From the NCBI GenBank assembly GCA_030615555.1, contig JAUWZB010000001.1, positions 1 through 38,066 of the forward strand: a DNA stretch of 38,066 nt, given 5' to 3'. A program made the position numbers and the translations under genes. This stretch comes from Dehalococcoidales bacterium. GTDB taxonomy: Bacteria; Chloroflexota; Dehalococcoidia; E44-bin15. Shown piece by piece: positions 24,148-31,381 of this stretch; within the stretch, counting starts at the first letter, position 1; the number at the start of each line of letters is the position of its first letter. The notes under the pieces were generated by a model. The model was not told where the DNA came from. It did not search any database and was given only the letters and a program-made list of their open reading frames with translations.

Positions 24148-26325
24148 TTAAGTCGGTGCACCGGCTCGAAGCGGACAAATGGTATGATAGGAGAGAGTCT
24201 TTTGGCAGATACCAGCCGGGCAGCGTCTATCAAGGATGTGTGCCTCAAAGTGGTCGCGGAAATGCTCTAGGGTGAACAGGACTATATCCGGGGCAGTTTT
24301 GCCAACGGGGCATTCCGAAGCCACTCTCATGGTGTCACCGAGCTCGAAGAGCAGATCGAGCATCTCGAGCTTGCCCCTGCCGGTGGCGATGTCATCCAGG
24401 AGGCTCACCATCTGGGCTATGCCCAAACGGCAGGGCGGGCATTTGGTGCAGGACTTGTTTTGGGCCGGAACAGTCATCGAGAAGCGGGCAAGCTCGACGG
24501 CGCAGACCGAGGTCTGTAGTTTAGTGACAAGGCGCTCAGGGACAAGCTCGGGGAGCGCTGCGCTGAGTGCCTCATAGCCGCCAGCATCATAGCCGGCGAC
24601 AGCCTCAAGACAAGGCAGGCACTTGTCCTCCAGGGCGTGATAAGCTACCAGCGCCTTACAAACCCCGGCAGGGCACCTTTTATCGATGATATGAGACTCA
24701 TACTCCTCCCGAAAATGGCGAAGGGTGGTTAGCACCGGATTGGGGGAGGTCTGACCCAGGCCGCATAGAGAAGCCGAGGCAACCATCTCCCCTAACTCTG
24801 CCAAGATATCGAGGTCCTCCATCGTCCCCTCACCCCGGCTGATCTTGGTCAGGATCGCCAGCATTGCGGGGATCCCAGCCCGGCAGGGTACACATTTACC
24901 GCAGGCCTCGTCCCTGGTGAAGCCGAGGAAGTATTTAGCCACATCCACCATGCAGCTATCCTCATCCATCACAACAAGCCCGCCAGAGCCCATAATAGCC
25001 CCGAGCGCAGTAACCGCTTCGTAATCGACCGGCACATCTATATGTTGAGCCGGGATAACACCCCCCGATGGCCCTCCTATCTGCACTGCCTTGTATTTCT
25101 TGCCATCGGGTATGCCACCGCCGATGTCGAAGACTATCTGTCCCAGTGGTGTCCCCAGGGGAACCTCGACCAGGCCAGTGTTGTTTATCTTGCCCACGAG
25201 GCACAGGGTTTTTGTGCCCTTGCTTCCCTCCGTGCCGACGCTTGCGAACCAATCAGCCCCCCGCACAATGATCTGCGGGACATCCGACCAGGTCTCTACG
25301 TTATTGAGGGTGGTCGGCTGGCCAAAAAGCCCCTTATTGGCTGGGAAGGGTGGCCTCTGCCTGGGATTTCCCCTCTTTCCTTCGATAGAGCCCAAGAGGG
25401 CTGTTTCCTCGCCACAGACAAAGGCTCCGGCACCGGGGAAGATGTCAAGGGAGAACTCGAAACCAGTGCCCAGGATGTTCTTGCCCAGAAAGCCATATTC
25501 CCGCGCCTGAGCTATGGCGTGGCTTAAGGTCTCGATGGCAAGGGGATATTCAGCCCGAATATAGGCATAGCCCTGGCGCACATTGCCTATGGCGTAGGCC
25601 CCGATTACCATACCTTCAATTATCGAATGGGGGTTGCCCTCAAGAACAGCCCGGTTCATGTAAGCACCTGGGTCACCCTCGTCCCCATTACAAACTACGT
25701 ATTTCTCCTCCCCTGGTGAGCTACGGACAAAGCCCCACTTTCTAGCTGTGGGGAAGCCTGCGCCTCCCCGCCCCCGCAATCCCGCCTTACCGACCTCCTC
25801 AATAACCTCCTCAGGCCTCATCCCGGTCAAAACCTTGGCCAGGGCTTGATAGCCATCTCTGGCAATATACTCCTCGATATTCGTCGGGTCGAGGTCCTGG
25901 TTATGCATTACCCTGATCTCTTGAAGCTTAAGCAAGGGGACAGCCTCATCCAGAGTCCATTCCCCAACCACCTTTCCCCCTACAAGGTGCTGCTCCACGA
26001 TCTGGGGAACCTTGTCCTCGGTGACATCGGTGTAAATCACCCTCTTCTGCCCTGGGGTGATAACCGTGACCACCGGCTCCACACCGCACAATCCGATGCA
26101 GGCTGCCCTGAGTATAACGACATCGGATAGCTTGCGGGCTTCAACCTCCCGGAGAAAGGCTTCCAGGACCTTATTTGCCCCTGAAGAAATGCCACATGTC
26201 CCCAGGTGAACCTTAACCTGGATCTTCTCTCCTCGTTCCGCCAGCTTCCTTCGAGCTTGCTCCCTCAAATTCTGCAGCTCTTCTACAGACGCAAGTGGCT
26301 TCACTTCACACTCTTCCTTATTCAT
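24148..26325 (-). CDS. hoxF: NuoF/HoxF-like NAD(P)H-FMN subunit with an N-terminal thioredoxin-like [2Fe-2S] domain and a duplicated C-terminal [4Fe-4S] module
   Basis: Motifs are GRGGAGFPTARKW, CNGDEGDPGAYMNR and CGKCVPCR...LCGLG. N-terminal motifs are HLGTCGISSG...AACIGLCGVEP. A second CTKCPPCR...ECPVGK module lies C-terminal. It overlaps the upstream nuoE-like gene by 8 nt. Confidence 0.9.
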   Translation of the reverse strand: MNKEECEVKPLASVEELQNLREQARRKLAERGEKIQVKVHLGTCGISSGANKVLEAFLREVEARKLSDVVILRAACIGLCGVEPVVTVITPGQKRVIYTDVTEDKVPQIVEQHLVGGKVVGEWTLDEAVPLLKLQEIRVMHNQDLDPTNIEEYIARDGYQALAKVLTGMRPEEVIEEVGKAGLRGRGGAGFPTARKWGFVRSSPGEEKYVVCNGDEGDPGAYMNRAVLEGNPHSIIEGMVIGAYAIGNVRQGYAYIRAEYPLAIETLSHAIAQAREYGFLGKNILGTGFEFSLDIFPGAGAFVCGEETALLGSIEGKRGNPRQRPPFPANKGLFGQPTTLNNVETWSDVPQIIVRGADWFASVGTEGSKGTKTLCLVGKINNTGLVEVPLGTPLGQIVFDIGGGIPDGKKYKAVQIGGPSGGVIPAQHIDVPVDYEAVTALGAIMGSGGLVVMDEDSCMVDVAKYFLGFTRDEACGKCVPCRAGIPAMLAILTKISRGEGTMEDLDILAELGEMVASASLCGLGQTSPNPVLTTLRHFREEYESHIIDKRCPAGVCKALVAYHALEDKCLPCLEAVAGYDAGGYEALSAALPELVPERLVTKLQTSVCAVELARFSMTVPAQNKSCTKCPPCRLGIAQMVSLLDDIATGRGKLEMLDLLFELGDTMRVASECPVGKTAPDIVLFTLEHFRDHFEAHILDRRCPAGICQKTLSYHTICPLRAGAPT

Positions 26326-26830
26326 AGGGACTAAGGATGTCTTTTATCTCGCCGGGCTTGACCTTCCTATGGACATCATCCCCGATAGCCATTACCGGGG
26401 ATAGCCCACAACAGCCCAGGCAGCGGACAGTTTCCAGGGAGAATTTACCGTCTGGGGTGATGCCCTCAGGTTCAAGGCCAGAGTCTTTCTTCAAGGTATC
26501 GAGGAGCCTCTGACCTCCCTTAACATAGCAACTGGTGCCCAGGCAAATCTGGATGACATGCCTGCCCTTGGGCACCATGGTGAAGAAGTGATAGAAACTG
26601 ACTATTCCATATAGTTCGCTCAGGGGGATCTTTAAGTCCCTGGAGATGGTTTTTAGCACCGGTGGTGGCAGGTAGCCAATTAGCCCCTGTGCCTGTTGCA
26701 ACACCCGAATGAGAGTGCCAGCTTGTCCCCCCGTATCGTCGATTACCCTCTGGATTTGTCTGAAAATCCTCCCCGCATACCCAGCGCCAATCTCTTCTCT
26801 TGCTGGCGCCTCAGTCTCAATTCTTTCCAT
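26318..26830 (-). CDS. hoxE: NuoE/HoxE-like [2Fe-2S] subunit
   Basis: 170 aa with ICLGTSCYVKGG...VRCLGCCGLSPVM, the classic NuoE four-Cys pattern. RBS AAGAGGAGG. Confidence 0.9.
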   Translation of the reverse strand: MERIETEAPAREEIGAGYAGRIFRQIQRVIDDTGGQAGTLIRVLQQAQGLIGYLPPPVLKTISRDLKIPLSELYGIVSFYHFFTMVPKGRHVIQICLGTSCYVKGGQRLLDTLKKDSGLEPEGITPDGKFSLETVRCLGCCGLSPVMAIGDDVHRKVKPGEIKDILSPYE

Positions 26831-26986
26831 CCGTGGCCTCCTCTTTAGAAATAGCTATCGGTCCAATTGGCTAAGCCGATCCTTCGGGATGCAGTATAAC
26901 CACAAGGGGGCATGTGTAGCAACCTAGTATCCTGCCCCGACCACGCATGCCAGTGAATGGCACCGCATGACTCAGACTCAGGGTTA

Positions 26987-27412
26987 CTAGCTAGCTCCAG
27001 ACTTTTCCTTCTCCACTAGCTGCTCTATTGCTCTGAGAGAGGTATCGATGCCCTTGCCAAAGAGCTTTATCTGTATCGGCTTACCACCACCCCACCTTTT
27101 GTAAACCCGGCACACTTGGCAAATGCTGGTGTCGTCGCCTCTTGCCCCGTAATCGTCAAGCTTGCAGTAGGTCCCCTCTATCTCCCAGCAGGGCAAAGAT
27201 TGGTACTTGGGCGCGGGACACTCATTCCTGATCATCTCCGGGCATTGGCACATCTCCCAGCAGGGTCTCTTGCCTTCCCAGAAACCCCCGCTCGGTTCAA
27301 GCGGGATCTTCCCCTTTACTTCTGCGATGATCCTCTCTATCTCGGCGATGTCCTCTACACTCGTAACCCCCTTAAGAACCTCTTCCACTTGTTCAACCAC
27401 TTTCGACTTCAT
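26987..27412 (-). CDS. small 8-Cys protein that resembles what I recall as the two-CW domain
   Basis: 141 aa. The Cys-rich stretch is PCWEMCQCPEMIRNECPAPKYQSLPCWEIEGTYCKLDD...ICQVCRVYKRW. RBS GGAGGAAGGAGG. It is the first gene of the hox/fdh operon. Confidence 0.55.
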   Translation of the reverse strand: MKSKVVEQVEEVLKGVTSVEDIAEIERIIAEVKGKIPLEPSGGFWEGKRPCWEMCQCPEMIRNECPAPKYQSLPCWEIEGTYCKLDDYGARGDDTSICQVCRVYKRWGGGKPIQIKLFGKGIDTSLRAIEQLVEKEKSGAS

Positions 27413-27536
27413 TCCTCCTTCCTCCTTTCCCCCATTATTTGATCGTGTGGGTCTCCTTAAACTGTAATACCTTCTTCACCATCTCCCGTGGCCTTCTATC
27501 TTTTCCAATTTTATTTAACAATATCGGGAATCTAAC

Positions 27537-27565
27537 GCCATCCCTCTTAGTGCCTATTTTTGGCT
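27537..27565 (-). promoter_or_regulatory. shared 29-nt motif, copy 2 (minus strand: AGCCAAAAATAGGCACTAagaggGATGGC)
   Basis: See 5338-5366. It lies 125 nt upstream of the 8-Cys gene start and points toward the hox/fdh operon, away from RR2. Confidence 0.4.
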
Positions 27566-27701
27566 TTGCTTAAACGCAAGCAGCCCCGCACTGGCTAAGC
27601 CTTTATAACTAGGTATTTCCACCATAGAGGTTGCCCTTACAGAGGCGCTGCAAGTTGAAGATATGAGTAGGATGGACTACAATTGTAATGGGAGGCACGT
27701 T

Positions 27702-28367
27702 ATGGGAAGAATCAGGATCCTGCTCGTCGAAGATCATGTAGTAGTACGACAAGGTACTCGCCAACTTCTGGAGCGTGAGCACGACCTAGAGGTCGTCGGC
27801 GAGGCTGGCGATGGCGAGGAGGCGGTGCATTTGGCGAGCCAGCTTAAGCCTGATGTGGTCATCATGGATGTCGCCATGCCTAAACTCAGTGGCATCGAAG
27901 CTACCAGGCAGGTCAAGGAACTATTGCCCTCAGCTATAGTGCTCGTTCTCACCAGCTATGATTATGATGAGTATATTTTCAGCCTGCTGGAAGCAGGCGC
28001 CGCTGGCTATCTACTGAAGGATGTGAGCGGCGATGAGCTGATTGATGCAATCCGAGCAGTCTACACCGGAGAACCGGTGCTTCACCCGATAGTCGTTCGT
28101 AAGTTGATGACCCGCTTTAAATCCCAGGCTGCCACAACTGCTGGGGCCCGCCCCCAGGAGCTTCTAAGCCAACGCGAGCTGGAAGTGCTCAAGCTGGCAG
28201 CGAGGGGTATGAGTAACAAGGACATCGGCGAGGCGCTTTTCATCAGTGTGCGCACGGTTCAGGCCCACCTGAGGAGCATCTTTAATAAGCTGGGAGTGGG
28301 CTCCCGCTCTGAGGCAGTATTGTATGTGCTGAAAAGGGGTTGGTTTACCCTGGAAGACCTCCCTTGA
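27702..28367 (+). CDS. response regulator RR2, NarL/LuxR family
   Basis: It is roughly two-thirds identical to RR1 by eye (IRILLVEDHVVVRQGTRQLL...VVIMDVAMPKLSGIEAT...LSQRELEVLKLAARGMSNKDIGEAL). ATG 27702 with GGGAGG 6 nt upstream is preferred over ATG 27663. Confidence 0.9.
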   Translation: MGRIRILLVEDHVVVRQGTRQLLEREHDLEVVGEAGDGEEAVHLASQLKPDVVIMDVAMPKLSGIEATRQVKELLPSAIVLVLTSYDYDEYIFSLLEAGAAGYLLKDVSGDELIDAIRAVYTGEPVLHPIVVRKLMTRFKSQAATTAGARPQELLSQRELEVLKLAARGMSNKDIGEALFISVRTVQAHLRSIFNKLGVGSRSEAVLYVLKRGWFTLEDLP

Positions 28368-28394
28368 CAAATCGAGCATTTTGAGGCTTGACCA

Positions 28395-30803
28395 ATGAAA
28401 ATCCTGCGAAGTCGCCATTTCTGGCTGATCCTGATCGTGTTTGTGCTTTGCAGTCTCCTGCACTATGTTGAGCAGATAGGCATCGGGAGCACGACACCTC
28501 CTAGCCTCCACTTTGGCCTGACGCGACATGCCTTGGAGCGCATCCTTTTTTTGCTGCCCATAATCTATGCTAGCTTTGTCTTCGGGCTAACTGCGGGGTT
28601 GGCTACCTCCTTTGCTGCCTTGGTCGTTATGTTGCCCAGGGCGCTCCTCATCTCGCCTGTTCCTGCAGATGCCTCTCTTGAGACAGGCGGCGTCGTTGTG
28701 GTAGGTACACTTGCTACTCTGTGGCTTTGGACACGAGCCAACGAGAGAGAAAAATTCCGAGCAGCATTAGCGGAACTGGAGTCAGCGCACCAGTTGCTCC
28801 AGTACCATGTTCGGTCTGCGCGGAATAATGAAAAGCGGCTGACTATGCTTAATGCTATCTCTACCGTGCTCACCGAGTCTTTGGAGCTTGAGAATGTCCT
28901 ACACAGGGCCACTCATATGGTCATGGAGCTAATGGACGTAGAGGTCACCCTGATATTTTCTCTGGATGAGGAAACCCAGGAACTGGTGCTTGTTGCCTAC
29001 GAAGGTGTCTCCGATGAATTCGCCCGGGCCGTGGACAGGATGAAGGTCGGCGAAGGCTTTAATGGGGAAGTGGCCAAGACGGGCCAACCCATGGTAGTGG
29101 AAGATACCTCCCGTGACCCTAGGCTAACCAGGCCTGAGGTTAAGAAAATGAAAATCCAAAGCCAGCTCATTTTACCCCTGACTCTTAGAGACCGCGTTAC
29201 GGGCACGCTTTGTGTGGCTATGCGCCGCCCCAAGCAATTTCTTCCCGAAGAAATAGAGCTGCTTAGTGCTGTCGCTACCCAGATAGGCACCGCTATTGAG
29301 AATGCACATCTTTATGAGAAGGAGCGTCTCACGGCACAAAGATTGGCTGTGTCAGAGAGGAACTATCGGGAGCTATTTGAGAACGCCACTGATGCCATCT
29401 GGGTTCACGATCTTACCGGTAATATTATCGCCGCCAATAAGGCTGCTGAAAAACTCACCGGGTATAGCGTAGCAGAACTGACCAAAATGAACGTAAGGGC
29501 TTTTCTGTCGGATGAAGACCTTGATGTAGCCGGACAGACCCGGCGCAAGTTGCTCGAGAAGGAACCCATGGAACAACCCTATGAGCAGCGCCTGATCAGG
29601 AAAGACGGGACAAAGGCGCTTCTAAAGTTGGCCACCAGTTTAATTACAGAGGAGGGGAAGCCCACTGGCTTCCAGCATATAGCGAGGGATGTCACCAAGG
29701 AAAGGCAGGCGGAGGAGGCGCTGAAGGAGAGGGAGAGAGAGCTTTCGCAGATAGTTGAGGGAAGCTCAGTGCCAACCTTTGTAATCAACAATGAGCACAC
29801 CATCACCCACTGGAACAAAGCTTGTGAGAATCTGACCGGTGTTTCTGCAGGTGAAGTGGTTGGCACCAAAAGACAGTGGTTGGCTTTCTATTCTGAAGAA
29901 AGACCGGTCATGGCTGACCTCGTAGTGGATAAGGTGTCAGAGGAGGAAATCGCCGGGCTTTACCGCAGCAAATATGGAAAATCCGCTCTTATTGAGGGAG
30001 CATACGAGGCCGAGGATTTCTTCCCCCATCTCGGGGAGAGAGGGAAATGGCTTTTCTTTACTGCAGCACCATTGAGAGACCATGAGGGAAAGGTCTTTGG
30101 AGCGATAGAAACGTTGCAGGATGTCACCGAGACGAGGAGGATGCAGGACAACCTGCGCTATTATCTCCAGGAGATTACTAGGGCCCAGGAAGAAGAACGC
30201 AAGCGCATTGCCCGAGAGCTTCATGATGATACTGCTCAGGCTCTTTATGCCCTTAACCGCGAGGCGGACAATTTCCTTCGAAGTAATCCAAATCTGCCAG
30301 CAGACAATGCTGCGTTCTTAAGGGACTTGAACAAACAGATTAGGGAGGTCTTACAGGAGGTACGGCGCTTCGGTCAAGACCTAAGGCCACCCATGCTGGA
30401 TGATTTAGGATTTTTGGCAGCACTGCGCTGGTTGGTGGGTGAGCTCAAAGAACAATACGGGATAGAGGCAGATGTAACAGTGTCTGGCATTGAGCGACGC
30501 TTCTCGGCAGAGACAGAGCTAACAATTTTCCGCATAGTCCAGGAGGCACTAAGAAATGTCGAGAAGCATGCTCAGGCCTCAAAAGTGGAGGTTGTGATAG
30601 AATTTGGCGAAGGTAAAACGAGGGTATCTATTTGCGACAATGGTAAAGGGTTTGATTTGGGAGGAAGTTTGGCCGAGCTACCTCGCGTGGGCAAGCTCGG
30701 GCTCGCTGGAATGGAGGAGAGGGCGCGGCTACTCGGGGGCAACCTAAGACTACAATCGGAGCTAGGCAAAGGGACAGCAGTAGAAGTAGAAGTACCAGTT
30801 TGA
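28395..30803 (+). CDS. sensor histidine kinase HK2 (membrane region, GAF, two PAS, HisKA_3-type H-box, HATPase_c)
   Basis: 802 aa. The H-box is ELHDDTAQ and the C-terminus carries DNGKGFDLGGSLAELPRVGKLGLAGMEERARLLGG. It is a paralog of HK1 with an additional PAS-like segment. Confidence 0.9.
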   Translation: MKILRSRHFWLILIVFVLCSLLHYVEQIGIGSTTPPSLHFGLTRHALERILFLLPIIYASFVFGLTAGLATSFAALVVMLPRALLISPVPADASLETGGVVVVGTLATLWLWTRANEREKFRAALAELESAHQLLQYHVRSARNNEKRLTMLNAISTVLTESLELENVLHRATHMVMELMDVEVTLIFSLDEETQELVLVAYEGVSDEFARAVDRMKVGEGFNGEVAKTGQPMVVEDTSRDPRLTRPEVKKMKIQSQLILPLTLRDRVTGTLCVAMRRPKQFLPEEIELLSAVATQIGTAIENAHLYEKERLTAQRLAVSERNYRELFENATDAIWVHDLTGNIIAANKAAEKLTGYSVAELTKMNVRAFLSDEDLDVAGQTRRKLLEKEPMEQPYEQRLIRKDGTKALLKLATSLITEEGKPTGFQHIARDVTKERQAEEALKERERELSQIVEGSSVPTFVINNEHTITHWNKACENLTGVSAGEVVGTKRQWLAFYSEERPVMADLVVDKVSEEEIAGLYRSKYGKSALIEGAYEAEDFFPHLGERGKWLFFTAAPLRDHEGKVFGAIETLQDVTETRRMQDNLRYYLQEITRAQEEERKRIARELHDDTAQALYALNREADNFLRSNPNLPADNAAFLRDLNKQIREVLQEVRRFGQDLRPPMLDDLGFLAALRWLVGELKEQYGIEADVTVSGIERRFSAETELTIFRIVQEALRNVEKHAQASKVEVVIEFGEGKTRVSICDNGKGFDLGGSLAELPRVGKLGLAGMEERARLLGGNLRLQSELGKGTAVEVEVPV
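30640..30741 (+). repeat. direct repeat copy B (inside the HK2 3' end), 100/102 nt identical to 1531-1632
   Basis: Manual alignment. The two copies are in the same orientation and 29,109 nt apart. Confidence 0.85.
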
Positions 30804-30903
30804 TTTGCTGATATGGCAACAGCACCCACTGGATGACAGTTCCATTCCCATTTGGTTTGCCATTGCACAGAAGTCCAGAAGGTTCAACTTAGGCACACAA
30901 AGA

Positions 30904-30938
30904 GGCCGGGTATCCACAAGATACCTGGCCTTTGTTTT
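30904..30938 (+). terminator. intrinsic terminator of the RR2-HK2 operon
   Basis: The stem GGCCGGGTATC / GATACCTGGCC has 11 bp including one G-U pair. The loop is CACAA and the trailing sequence is TTTGTTTT. Confidence 0.7.
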
Positions 30939-30968
30939 AGAACCCCAGCCGGAGTTGCCTCGACGCTT

Positions 30969-30997
30969 TTGCAGCCTCCCCATGAGGAGCTTATAGA
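30969..30997 (+). promoter_or_regulatory. sigma-70-like promoter TTGCAG-N17-TATAGA
   Basis: The spacing is exactly 17 nt. The G-run at 31003 begins 6 nt after the -10 hexamer. Confidence 0.45.
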
Positions 30998-31002
30998 AAA
31001 AA

Positions 31003-31256
31003 GGGGGCGCAACGGGCTCGATTGGGTGCTTTACAAAGCTGGTGATAACTCTACTTGACCAGAGGTGATGGACTATCTCTGAGCCGAGCAAGATCAGGAC
31101 TTGAACAAGAAGCCATTTTGTTTGATCAGGTGCTGGCGTAACAGAGGAAACAATTCTTCGCTTCGCTCCCTCCCGCCGACTGAGAAGGCTCACCAGAGTG
31201 GTCAGAAGGTCAGTCAAGAGAGTGGGGCGTGGGTTCGAATCCCTCCAGGGACGCCA
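31003..31256 (+). ncRNA. tmRNA-like RNA (ssrA candidate) with a non-complementary, tRNA-Glu-like 3' terminus
   Basis: The 5' end GGGGGCGCAACGGGCTCGATTGGG resembles ssrA 5' ends. The 3' end is GGGCGTGGGTTCGAATCCC...GCCA, a T-arm plus CCA. A long-range helix pairs 31049-31059 with 31213-31222. A possible tag frame lies at 31088-31141 (...FDQVLA*). However, the acceptor strands GGGGGCG and CAGGGAC cannot pair. Confidence 0.4.
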
Positions 31257-31284
31257 GTTATAACGCAACGCCGTCTTATCCCCC

Positions 31285-31312
31285 AATCCCGGGCAAAATG
31301 CCCGGGATTTTT
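31285..31312 (+). terminator. intrinsic terminator downstream of the ncRNA
   Basis: AATCCCGGGCA / TGCCCGGGATT form a near-perfect inverted repeat. A workable stem is CCCGGGC / GCCCGGG. TTTTT follows. Confidence 0.75.
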
Positions 31313-31381
31313 GCTAAAAGACTGATTGCTCCGGCAAAAAGAGGCTCGAAGAGCAACTCATAGGCTGCCCCATATTGGGGA

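Noticed and set aside
26917-26936. Possible sigma-54-like element AGGATA-CTAGG-TTGCT (minus strand) in the 156-nt gap before nuoE.
   Set aside because: The -12 half is good, but the -24 half retains only GG (no TGGCA), so it is probably chance.
30762-31286. 174-aa minus-strand ORF and 74-aa plus-strand ORF (31101-31325) across the ncRNA locus.
   Set aside because: The translation contains WRPWRDSNPRP, which is the classic read-through of a T-arm/CCA sequence. The region has its own promoter, terminator and RNA-like helices, and no RBS.
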